Of a stretch of DNA of 64,000 bases, positions 37,401 to 51,000 are shown one piece after another. Source of the stretch: Bugula neritina (Eukaryota; Animalia; Bryozoa); the NCBI GenBank assembly GCA_964035545.1, contig OZ037767.1:6154707-6218706 (forward strand), given 5' to 3'. A program made the position numbers and the translations under genes. The notes under the pieces were generated by a model. The model did no database searches, had not been told where the DNA came from, and saw only the letters and a program-made list of their open reading frames with translations. Within the stretch, counting starts at the first letter, position 1; each line of letters opens with the position of its first letter.

Positions 37401-38636
37401 GTATCTGGTTCTTCAAAACAGTGATTATATTTATGAAACAGTTTTTGTTCAACTGGACTATTTACCATTGACAAAAAAAGTTGATTTTCCTATCAAACTC
37501 TTTCATTAAAAATGTCTGTTAAGATGAGCAACACATCTGTGGCCTTTTTTTGCAACAGTTGGTCTCCTTTAAATACTTCATATAATTATGTTTTTCCAAT
37601 GACCATCTTTATGCTTGTGAAGAAGTGATCTAGTTAAAAAAATGAACTTTATAGGTTGGCTGTATGCCACATGGTGTTTCAATTTTACAAAAATCAATCA
37701 ATAATGTTGAATATCACCAATGCTATCTTAAATTAAAAATTTTCCCAACAAAGTTCTGTGGCCTGGATAATCTCTCACTACCATCGCATCGGCTTCCGTT
37801 AACCATGCGCATTTATTTGCTCACATTTCATTGTTCACATGCATTTCAGTTGTTAGCTTTAAGCGCTATTGGGTAATTCCATTTTCTCTTCTTTATTATT
37901 CAATTTCTCTTCACTTTATTATAAAGAGCATTTATTTTGACTACAAACTAATTAGTTGAGCATATTTTATATGTATGTAAGTGAGTTATAAATACAATAG
38001 TTTTTACTATATTTCGTGATAGTTGAAAAATGGTGGTCAACTTTCATCTTTGAGAATAAATTTTTCATGGGCGGTACATATTGTAATGAAACTTTATTGT
38101 ATATTTTTCATGCCTATTTGTTATCTGTAGAGCAGTACTACAAAGACTTACCTATAGATTTCATGCAAATATTTATTTACAATTCAATCATTGAATTATG
38201 CTTTTTATAGCAACGCTAACCAAATATCATATTGGTAGATTTATGCAGTGTCCACAGAAGTTAAAAAATCAGTACTGGTTAGCAGGAAGCCAAGCTGCAT
38301 ATATTGTAAACCATATTATTGACCTCCTTTAAATAAAATCAATTTTCAACATTCTTTGTGAAGTAGTCATTTTATATTTTAATTGGTGAAGCAAATGCAC
38401 ACCTGGATGTATTGTAGGAAAAACATGCTATCTGCACAATATTTCTTTTACTTTGCTAATTTGTGCATAATTTCTATGTTGAAAGGTTAGTTTTTTATGT
38501 ACTACAGCCTAATTTTAATTATTTTGTTTTTTTTTGAAAAATACTTTCTGACATGTAAGTTAACAATGAATATGTTACATATTATAAGCTTGACTTTAAA
38601 ATGATAGCTATGTAGCATAAGTATCTTAGTTTAGTA

Positions 38637-38962
38637 CAGGGCTGTCCTACAGTCAGCCCCAGGGCTGGATGTGGCCCCCAGACTGCATTTATGTGGCCCT
38701 CAAAGGCATGAAAATTAACTTATTTTTTACATTTTATATGAATTAGAGTGAAAAACACCTTTTAAATGTCTTATTTATACACATGCTACAAAATATGCAG
38801 TCGGCATTAACTATTGGGACTTTATTGTGTAACGAATAATAAGAATTTGTAATAGAATATTTTAAAAAATACTGAGGTTGTGGCCCTCAGCACAAGCTAA
38901 AGTTTACGATGTGGCCCTCGCCAGGAAATATACCCTTACTCTGCAAAGCTTGGATACTCCTG
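38637..38962. mobile_element. Non-autonomous hAT (Charlie-like) MITE
   Basis: Ends cagggctgtcc / ggatactcctg, tgtggccc subterminal motifs, exact 8-bp TSD gtttagta. Confidence 0.9.
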
Positions 38963-39019
38963 GTTTAGTAGTTTATCCCAACTCTAGTATTTCGGAAGTA
39001 TCTAAGCCTTTGTGTTCAG

Positions 39020-42000
39020 GTGACCAGGTACGAATACAATCAGCTGGAGATATCGTCTCGTTGAATGTTACGCCTCAATATGGAGACTTTTGGAGCTCGG
39101 CTTGGAAGTTGTGCATGACTCTTGGTAGAGATGACAGACTCGCAGTGAATACTAGCTCCCAGGATAGCGTCAAGTACAGCCATGCCACTGAAGAAGATGC
39201 GTTGGTGCTCATGGTAAGGGAACTGTTTGCATTTTCAGTCGGGCAATTTACTCCCACATTATATGTTACAGTGTTGTTCACTTACTACGTATTCGGGTAG
39301 GCCGTATTTGGATAGATCGTCTAGAACAGGGCTGTCCAACAGGCGGCCCGGGGGCCGGATCCGGCCCTCCAGCTATATTTGTGTGGCCCCCCAAGGTATA
39401 GCAAGTTACAAATTTTTGTTCATCAAATTTGCTAACTAGCCTGAAACAGCAGCACATAGGATAGTTGAAAGCATCCCACTAAGAATTTCTATTAAAATGT
39501 AGTTTAAGTTCTTCTACAATATTGTTCTGTGGGTGCCATGCGTGTTGCCTACTTGTCATTGTTTAGCCTGAGATCAAACTACAACTAATAACAGCAAGCT
39601 AGTCATTATAGTCTGTTAGCTAGCAAGCCTGTGACTTATAGTAATGTAGAAGCCTATATTATAGGCTCATCTCTACGTGTTCACTGAAGTGTGAAGTGAT
39701 GCACAGTGCTTACTACTTAAAAAGAAATATACCATTTCCCGTGTATAAATCCACAGTTTATATAAAATCTAAAAGTCATTGCTTTTTTTATTCAGATATC
39801 ATGTTTTCCTGCTAAGATATTTTACTGGTACTACAAAAATCAACTTTTGAGGCAAAATTAGCCAAAAATGTGCAGTTTTTTTCTATAACTTTGCAAAAGA
39901 ATGAAAAAATTCCAAAAAAGCTGCACTGAGAAAAAATAAGATTCACACCATAGTTTTTAAATTTTGATTCTAGTAGCCTTCAATTAAATAAGATTGTTTT
40001 TACTGGTACTGAATTTTTACACAGTTACAATGCAAACCTCAGCAAAGGCAGTTGCAGCTAAAAAGTTGCCCATAGCTATCCTGTGCAGACAGATATTTCA
40101 AAGACATTTAATCAGGACAGGCCATATAGAAACAAGACTTTTTTGAAAGTATAACTGAGATCTCACTTTTATTGACTGTATTGTGAAAGATAAGTAGTTG
40201 AAGAATATCTGGCACACTTCACTTATGCAGTACTAAAATATTCTTATATATGTTAGTTTTCATTTACATACTGTTTTAAGGTTAGATGCCTAAACAATTT
40301 TGTTTTATAATGAATTTTGTGCGAGTATGTACTGAAATAATTTGGGATTTGTGATGGCCTTGACCTTTGACTGCTTGTTAGATGCTGCGCTGCGCTGCAC
40401 TGGCTTGAAGGTTTGAACTTTGAACTTTCAATTTTCAGTCAAATGAAATACACAAAATAAATACTACACTTCACTCACTAGTCAGCACTTAGTCCAGCAA
40501 CTAAGGGTTATATGTTCTGATACGAAACCAGATATTAACAGAATTGTTCAAGGCAAACAGTACACACTGTGTACTCACAAGTGTTTCACTGATGGTTGTA
40601 AAATATAACTATACTGATATGAGTACAGACTCTTAGCACTGGCACATCTTGTTTAAATTTGCATGTACAATCATGAATATATACCTTGTATGAATATATA
40701 TGTATAATTTTTTATGCACAAACATAAATGCATATATAATTATTGATTATTAAAGTAATAAAAATGAAATGTTTCTTGTTTACCTATTTTAATTAAATGC
40801 ATATATACACACATACACACATAAATAATATATATCTATTCAAATATGTTATGATTTTAATAAACATGCAAAGCCTAGCCCTCGCTTATAATTACAATAC
40901 ATATGGCCTGCAGATGTTTAATGAATCTTGAAAATTTATTTTAAAAACAAAAAAAATGTTGTGGCCCCCAGCTCAAGCTAAAACTTGCAGACTGGCCCTT
41001 GGTCTGAAAAGGTTGGACACCCCTGGTCTAGAAGATTATTACATGTTTCATGCAAGTTTCTTTTATCAAATTTAATGAACTGTATTCGTGGTTATTTATG
41101 CTGCCAAATTTTCGAATATTTGTGACATGTTCTCAGTGTCAAAAGTTGGTATTTTCGTACTTATGTACTCATCTGCTTGCATACTTATTTACTTCTATAT
41201 TTACTTGACTACTTCTGTAAAATATTTCCCCCCACTGGGAATCGAACCTTAAACCTTCAGCTTGCAAACTACAGTGCTTACTATTATGGTTATACCATGG
41301 GTGCTACTTGGCAATATCAACTCTGCAATTTACATACTTATGTACTTACCTTTAAGGTTCCATGGCTTCTTACATGCTTATGCACTTGTACTTGTAAAAT
41401 TTAAGCGTTTTATTGGGTCAAATTAGCTATGCTATACTCTGATGACTTGAATGCCATTTCAGGGCGACCAAGGTTCAGGTGATAATGCTAGCCAGTTGTT
41501 AGAGAAAGTTGGATTTCATTTAAACAAAGCAGAAAATGGAGCCACTACAATTCAGATAGTCCAGACAAAACTCAATATATCTAATGGTGACTTAGGTACA
41601 AACCCGAATCTTTATAATAATTTTCTTAATTTATGTTTTTTTACTGATTCAGAATATCCTTCAATGTCCGGGCTCAAACTACTGTCATCCCACCATAAGC
41701 AACTGCCTTTCTATTGTGTATTTTGAGATGTCTATAATTTTATGAACATCAATTAAATTTTACTGGTGTAATAGATATTTTCTGACTCATTTCTACTTAT
41801 TTTTATAAGTTTTATTTTATTTCAGAATTTAATTTTTTTTCTTGCAAAACTTGGTACCAAAAACAGTTAAACTGGTACGAAGTTTATTGACTGAATTATT
41901 ATTATATATCTTATATTTCATTTATTCATTATCAACACATTGTTCTCTTAATACTTTAGATATATGGATAAGCAGTGATTTGCTATCTGTTGATAATATT

Positions 42001-45000
42001 GATTTCACATCCTGTATTGAACATCAAGAGCATGAGCTGCAGAATACATGGAAAGCTACAGTTGAAAGTAATGATGGGCATTTAAACAACTTTGAAGTTC
42101 ATAATGCAATACCTGAATATAGTCCAAGTAAAGCGCAGGTATATCACTATTCATATTCTGAATAAATTTATGTCATGCGTGTTTATGTATGTTCAAACTG
42201 GAAACAGCATTTTCCGGTTTGATATACATATAGTTAGCAAGCTATTAAATACTGTAAGTGTGTACATAATAGATTTTACCAGCTTTGCTTGCATATAATG
42301 TAGCTGGTAGTTTATGATGCTGACGTAAGCTGCCAATCACTGACTAAGTTTATTTTCGATATTTTTGAGTTCAATTATTCTAACTTCAGATGCTATGATC
42401 CTATTTTGAAAACTTATTTCTTTAATATGGAAAGAATCAGCATTGTGCAATTTGCTTTGCAAAAATTTGACTACTGAATTAGGACTAGATTTATTGGTAA
42501 ACTAAAGTGCTTGTTTCACTTTCAGGTTTAGTTGAAGTTTGCATTTTGAACAAACATACAGCTTATTCTATATCAATCTTGCATCAAGGTAGCATGTTTT
42601 CACTAATATCCTGTTTTGAGATTAATATTCAACACTTGCTGAAGTTTATTTATTATTTCGACTCTTCCAATAAAGTAACTGCTTGCACTAGGAAGTATGT
42701 TGTTTACAGTATTTTTATTACCAATTGATTTTAAACAGTTACAAAGCTTCATGCTCACTCACTCTATTTTGAAATTTTATGCATTTATTGATTTCACTAA
42801 TTTTGTTTTCTATGTTGCTTCCTTTTTAGAAATTGAATAATTGGGTTTTACTAGATTAGAATCTACATTTAGGAGCAGTAGAGAGAACGTGAGGTAGTCT
42901 AAGTTCTCTAATTCTTTTTATTCATTTTTGGTTTGGGATGCAGGTTGAAATGTTTGCGAGAACATAACTTCTTATTATGCTACATTTCTAATCTAGATCA
43001 CAGGCTTTTTCGATTTCTCTATTACTGCACCTACTTCAGGATCCATACCTGTAAAATTGAATTGATTGATGTAGCTAGGTTTTGCATATAATAATTTTTC
43101 ACGTTTTGCTGAAAAATAGAAAAGTAAGCTATTGTTGCTATTGTCCCAACAAGTTTACCACTTGAACAATATGTTGAAATGAGCTAGTCAACAACTGGAC
43201 TTGTCAACAGTTGAACTTGTCAACAACTGGACTTGTCAACAGTTGAACTTGTCAACAACTGGACTTGTCAACAGTTGAACTTGTCAACAACTGGGCTTGT
43301 CAACAGTTGAACTTGTCAACAACTGGACTTAAACGCTGAAAATTCTGCCCCTCCAGACCAACAAATAAAGCACAAACATATTTTCTTTCTTTACATGTTG
43401 TTAAAAAACGACATGTACGATTTGCTATGCACTTTTGATTTAGCTTGTAATTTATGCACAACGTTGAATAGAAAAAAACTATCCCAAAGAGCTAAAATTA
43501 TATATTTAACATTGAATGAGATAGACTGCAGTAAAACAATGGATATCTTGCTGCTCATTCTATATATTCACCCATTTCTACAAACTATTATCAATTTTAT
43601 ATGATAGTTTTTTTAAAATTGCAGGTGTATTTGAAGCATTATAACCTACTAGCTGTTTTACTTGTAGTTGAAACGTTATTTCTCTGATGTAACCCAATAA
43701 AAATAAACTTTTCAGTAGTATTATAACTATATTTTACTTTTTCTATGTCTATGTAGATTGTAGCGGAGAAACTGGGCAATGAAACTGTTTACCTAATAAA
43801 GAATTTAGGGCTATACGGAGATTGTGTGCAAGGTGTAGGTATGACAGTGTGTAACTCAGTTGTCTCCTCTCTGTCATATGGTGATGACATTTCTATCAGT
43901 GGACCCAATGCTCTTCTCTCTTCGAGGACAGCTTGTAATGGTTGGTTGTTTATTATACATATTTTCATTTTCAGCAGCTTATAACTATCTATCAGTGAAT
44001 GTTATATCAGTTTCTCTCTCTCTCTCACTATAGTTAATATTTGAATTTCTGGTGCTGCAGGTGCAGGGGTCAAACTCTCTCCAAGTGCTACTCAAGTGAC
44101 CTTTCACTCATTAGTAGAAGGAAATTCGGATGACAAGACTTTCTGCTTGACACTATCATATGACAATGATGCTATGGCTGTTGATATGGACATGTACCTA
44201 ACTTTCTCTTACTCCAGTCAAGTGGTTTTCAGTTTAATCCTTTCAGCCAATGAGTATGTGTAATTTTATATTGTAACTAATGATACCATTCCCTAGTTTT
44301 GTTTTTTTTTATATTATTAATTAATCAACACGTTAAAAAGCTGATGGCTTCTCTGCTATTTTTGACTAGCTTCACGGTTATTGTTATGTAAAAATACTCA
44401 GTGCTTAGTCTGACAAGCCATTTTCTTTTGTTTTACAGGATAGTTATTAAAGTTGCGTGTGACACTAGCTCACCCAGTCACAAAATAGAAGTTAGCTCGT
44501 ATACGGCTAGCTGGTTTCAAGTTTGTCTGGGATTTACTGGTAAGACATTTGAATGGTACTAACCAGATTCGGATATTTTGTTCTAGTTTTTTATTTTATC
44601 TTCTGCAGGTCGTCTAATTGAAGTAAGGCTGGTCTTATCACCCTAAAACACTGCTTTATTCCATAATATGGTGAATTAGGCAAGTGAGAAAAGCTCCAAA
44701 TATTATTGGGAGTTTTTTCTCAGGCGCCTAAAATTGTAAAAAAACCTAAAAATATTTTGCAACATAACAATTTTTAAGAAATTAAAAGAAAAATTGCTTA
44801 AACCATTTTTAAATAAGCTGTAAAATTAATTTTTCAATGATTTTATTTAAATTTTGCTACTTTGGAAAGATATTTGATTGGTTTTGTTGCAAATTTCAGA
44901 AATTTTTTTCTGTTTTACAGCAAGTTTTACACACAATACACACATGTTTATAATAATATACTAAGTAATACATGAATGTACTCTTTTTATCAGATGACCA

Positions 45001-48000
45001 GTTGCATGTTGTGACACCTCAAGAAACCCAATCATTTGGGTATGACTTGCCATGTGAAAAGCTGGTTGGTGCAGGTGCTCTAACTATAGCCCTGGAGAGT
45101 AGTGCTAAACTTTATCCTGGCTATTACCTGCTACTATCTGACATTAACGTGAGTTCAATTTAAGCTTTGGTTTTAAATGCAAGTCTTGCTATTGAAATAA
45201 TTTTAGACAATTGTATGCGGTTTTTTAAACATTGAATTTTATAAAAGATAAAACTATAAGATTTAAGTTGTAACAAAACTGTTTTTCGAAAACTTTCAAA
45301 CGCTAAATATATTTACAAAATAATAAATTGATTCTTACAAATATGAGTTTATTCAACTGTAAGACTGTATTAAAAAGAATTTTAATTGAACAGGTTTTGT
45401 AAAGACTAGTTTGGATGAACTTTTTGAGACAAATATAGTTTTGATAGAAGTCAATAAAATTAAATTAATGCGGCATTTCGCCCTTTAATTAGTAATTATA
45501 TGTGAACTGTTAGTGTGAAGCTGGTATTTTCAAAGGAGGGCTGAAGCAATGCATGAGTAGTTTCTACCAGCTTCAATTCACTGACTATACATTTTATAGT
45601 TGAAGCGTTTTGCATCTTCCTTGATGACGAAAATATGTTTTCAATATAAAGTGATTGCATTCAATTTGAGATAATGCATGTGTACAGTATCAGAAATCTG
45701 CTAGTGGAGCAGCTGTAGTGTAGTGATTAGAATGTTGCCCTAGCAAAACACTAGGTCAGTGGTGTTAAGAAGAGCATCCAGTCATAATTGCTCTTGTGCC
45801 TCATGTGAGTAAGTCCTTAGCCCACTTTAAAAGAAACATTGCAATCAGGAATTTCTCACAGGGATAGCAGCTATAAACTTGATAGTGTGGGTTTCAGAAC
45901 TCTGCTGGTATCAACACCTCAACCAACTCACATTTTTCACGTTCACGGTTATTCAGGTCTTTAAAGGGTTTCCACTGACAGAGATGCTAAACTGTGACTT
46001 TGCTGACAGATATACTGGCGGTATGCTCTTTAGATGGAGAGACAGGAAAATTTCATCATCAGATTCTGACTTTATCGTCAGCAGTCGACCCAATCCCAGA
46101 GGTGACTAAACTTGTTTTAGGGCAGTATAATGACTTGCAGTGTTTGCAGCTGTATTGTGGAATATGTGGCTGTTTTTCACTTTCTACATGAAACACATCT
46201 TAGCTAATTGGATAAACATCGGACAGCTTTTGTTGTGACTTTTGCTAGAATTCATATATCACGGACTCCTAAAATGGCCAATTTATTATTTATATACAAT
46301 ATTGTTGTCATCTACGATTCGTAGAACTATGTGTAAATCACATTTGACACACATTGAGCAGCTTTTGTTGAATCTTCTGTTAGAAATAATGTATCACAGA
46401 CTCCTAAAATGGTCAATTTATTATTTATATACAATATTTTGATAACTTTTTGTCAACATTGAGAAAAGCTTCCACTAACCTCTAATATGACTATGAGATT
46501 GATTTTCTACTTTTTCTGTAGATTTGTCCAAATTGCCAGGGCCGTTGGTATTGTGCGAATACTATGGTTCTGGTGAGGGCTACACCACCACCGCCCCAAC
46601 ACTGTGTTATGTTAATGCCGAGAGCTACTGCAGCATGATAATTTATGACCTGCCATCTGTGCACAGTCCCTACTGTTTCTCTAACAGCTACAGTAAAAAT
46701 GTTTATGCTGATGACTACTTCATAGGTAACATTTCCAAGTGTTTTATATAACAATTACTATTCCACATACTTCACATTGCTGCTGTACCCTGAAAATGAA
46801 ATAAGTTAGTTGCTATATAAAGTCTACTGTTTACTGAAGCTTGCCAAAGTTGCAACTAGGTGTTGGTAATCTTTTGAAAAACATTTTATTATAATTAATG
46901 TCTATTATTTTGTTTTAATAATCAAAAGAACATAAAATAACATCTTTTATTCGTTGTAAATTTCCCCTAAACTACAACTGTAAACGTTGATCACACTATT
47001 TCTAATAGCAATGAGTAATGAAAATTAAATAAAATATTATATTTCATATAATTCCTAGTTTGTTGGCTATGCCCATTCATTAAAGTTTATAATATTGATT
47101 TACTCTATTTCACGAATAGCAATGGATGACGCTGCGTCAGCTGAGACTATGATGTATAAGAATTACCATGTACTGCCGTCTACAAAGTATATATTTACAT
47201 CAGAGGACAACGTGACGTACACTACGTCTGCTAACGCTACTCAGTGTGTAGATAACTTCAATGACTCATCAATGATTGCATACGACTACCTCACACACGT
47301 CTGCATGAGTATATCAACTGAATTGATTGACACGGCCAGATTAGAGAGAAGCTACTACTCCACCATGTTTCTGCCATCACTGGGTATTAATTACTACTGT
47401 ATTGTTGAAGGAAACACATTAGACTGTATAAATGAAGCGAATATGGCTTCGAGAGTTTTGAAATAACGGCAAAGCATATTTAACTTGGAATTGCTATATA
47501 TTGTAGTATTGACTTTAAATTTGCTCATAACATGAGTAACAACTTTCTATGATAATGCAATTTCAAGTATGATTATTTTGAATGTAACATGTAATATATA
47601 TGTCACTATTACTTGTTTATGTTTTAATATGAGATATTCATACATACTGATACGTATGTCTTATTTTTTTCCTTATGTTGCAATGTGAGATATTCATGTA
47701 TACTGATATGTTTATAGTGCATGCTCACACAAACTCCACGCATATAATTATGCAATACTTCCATTCCTATTTGCAGAGTTGTTGGAGGAGAGAGCAAGAT
47801 TTGGCTCCAATTCCAGTTACTTTCAGCAGTTTTTAGAGACTACACAATATCAGTTTGCTATTGCAGATGATCTTTGTATTAACGGACAACCTTACTTCTT
47901 TAAGAAGTAAGTTTCAATTTCGTTTTTGATTCACATTTGATTTGCTATTCATTACTTGCATTTCCATTAAAACCAAAGATCTATTAAATATGTTTATAGT

Positions 48001-51000
48001 TTGTACCAATGAAATTAGAAAACTGTATTTGTTTCATTTTTCATGGTGTAATATAGTGCTCACATAGGTTTGGTTTACAATGCAGATAACAGTTAGCTTT
48101 TAGTGGGAAAGCCATGCGTTAAAATGTAAATATAGTTTACTTTACATAACTGTCTGTGATTTCTTTGTAGGGTGAGAGTTGTCTGCCATTGCTAATCTTG
48201 CAAATAAAATGTTTAGGATTTTAGGTAGTAGAATAATAATTTGTATTGCACTCATTCCTTGCAGAAACTCGACTCTGCTTGAGTGTGGCATGTTGTGTCT
48301 GGTGGAGGCCAGGTGTATTTACTTCCAGGCTGCATACTACAGCGGCAGCAGCTGTTCTTTGTTTGCTGCCAACGCCCCATGTGGCCAGACCGAGGGGTCG
48401 TATGTCAGCAACCAACCTCTATGGAACAACCCCTACTATAGACGATTCAATAAGAAAGGTTAAATGTGTTTACACATGTTAAGCATAAACTGAATTGTAA
48501 CACTCATTTGTTTTCTGTGTTAGGAACATCCAGCAAATCAACTAGTAGGTTTGTTATTTAAGACAAATGTCATCAAGATATTTGTCCTAAAACCTCAAAG
48601 CCGTAAGGCTTCAAAACACTTTTGTAAAGTGCTCGCATTTCTGTAAATTTGATATAGGATCAAGTCATAAATTTGTTTAATGGCTTCTATTCACTAAAGT
48701 GCCTTCATTTTATACACACATTATTTTATTATGCATGTAATCAACCCCTGACTGCTAATTAGCACTTACAGATAAGTAAGTTGATATAGCTTGTATTTAA
48801 CTCCAGGCTGTTATCTGGTAATGGTTACTGGTGGTACTAGACAAGACCTCTAGTTTATTCTAATATTCTTTACTCTGGAAGATATATTAGTTTTTTTTTT
48901 CTAAAGCACCCAGCATTATAGACTTAAAAGCTATTTTCACATTTTCACACATGTGTTTAGAAGTTGCATTCCCTTGCAGAGTGCAACTCTAATGAGATGC
49001 TGGTGTATGGAGTCTGTGTGAAGAGACAAAGTCAGAAATCTGGAAAACAACTTCTCAGTGTTTCCACCAGAAGTTTCTTGCATCTGGTAGCAGCCCTCGT
49101 TGGCACATATGCTGAGGGCATGCTGGTCAAAATAAATTTACAGATAAGTATGTACAGGTCAAAGGTCATATTCCCATCAGTTTACAGTGACCTTTGTATG
49201 CGACCTTCAAAACATAATTTGGTTCAGCATTTAATTGGAAGTAGGTTATGCACTGTGTGCTAAGTCTACTTGTGAATGCTCAGTCTTCCCTTGTATCGAT
49301 TCTACATTTTATGCTTTTCTATTGTATATTTTACCATGAATGGTATACTTACAGTTACTATGTTATTATAAAAACACACAACTGCTTACTCTGACAGATT
49401 GTCTCCTTATTATCACTATCATTTTACTATTAGAAAGACTGTAATATCGTTTCTTGAAATAATTACAAGTTGGATAAATCAAGGTATTTATATTTGGCTG
49501 GATATTGCAGGGAGTTACAACTCCTGTAGAGAAACTGATGGGTTGGGTTTCTACTACTTTGACCAGAGGTTTAGATTCTGTTCAAATGAAGGTTTGTATT
49601 TTTAAACAGTTGTGTTCACTTTTTTTGTTAATTTGTTGATCGTAAATATTTTTTGAATGCGATTTTGGCAGTTGAATATTTGCTTATGTACATTGCACTA
49701 CAGCATGTTTTTTTCCACAAGAGGTTGATGCAAACCTATTTTGAGAACTTAGATGATTAATTTGAACTAAATACCATTAATTAAAAGTGAGATATTCAAA
49801 GACCAATGAGCTGTTAAAATATGTATAAGTATTATATAATAAAATGGTAGCTGCTAAGCTTAGGTATAAGCTGTCTATTAAACCATGGGTTTAATTATAT
49901 ACAACTTCGCCCATCTTGTCTAGCTATTTTATATCCCTATCTATTGTTGTAAAATGTATTGTCGTCATATTTGGAAAGTTAATAAAAAACTGTAATGACA
50001 GTGTTTTGAAAATTATAAGAGCTTAACTCATAAATGCGTTGAATGCACCATGTTTTAGTTGCACCTACTTTCTTTATGCCTGGATTGGCTGGAATGCATT
50101 TTGCTAGATATAAGACAACTAATGGTTCACAAAGGAATCTCAAAGACACGCCAGATAGCATGTGAGTATAGCTAGCATGTGGTAGTAGCATTTGCTTTAA
50201 GCTATTCAATTTACCTGTAACCATGACTACAAGTCACCTTCACCTAGCCAATCAGAATTCTAGCTACTGACATGATGTTTGAAAACTAACCTGACTAGTT
50301 GAAATCCAAGTAGTCTACAAAATAACTCATCTTAGCTTCCTAACCTGCAGTTTGGGATCTAATTTTATTTTTAATATAACATATTAACATGCTTTATATA
50401 TTTTAATTATCTAAATACTGTATAGTATATTGTGTTGTTTTAATGTAATAAAATGAAATTATAATAATTTCTATAATACAGTATCTTTATTTGTTTTTGA
50501 CTTCGGATGATTCTTTAGTTGTGCACATTTCTGTTTAAAAATGTAATTTATATTTTCAAGGGGAATATACTTATATTCAGTGATGGATAGCAGCTCCTTG
50601 TTTACATTTCCTCTCCAAAGTTGGGGGTTTCATCAGACTATATACACACTATCCGGGCAGGACCAATTAGCGGCTGCAGTAGTAGATGATACTACTATTA
50701 TCTCTCAAGCCGAACTCTATGTCTGGCTTAGATATGCAACTTTCTCTGCCTCAGATGGAGATGAGGCATGTACACACAGTTTAATATCATCTTCCATGTG
50801 CATGCCATTAGTTTAACGCTCCTTGTAGCCTACTTTACCTATAACGTGTTAGAAACATTAAACAATGTTTCTTTTGCCAAGATACTCTGTAAAGCTGTTT
50901 ATTCGACATGTTACAGGAAAGAAATGGGGTAGTTGTGAATCTGGGTGTGTGGTTTAAACTCTCTGTGGAGTGGATCTCAAAGTTTCAGGTGCCTAAAGTT

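Noticed and set aside
38878-39300. 140-aa ORF as a standalone gene
   Set aside because: It is MITE sequence running in frame into the real exon 39020-39213 and on into the intron.
43187-43330. Regular repeat array as a possible CRISPR
   Set aside because: No unique spacers; alternating identical 16-mers in a eukaryotic intron.
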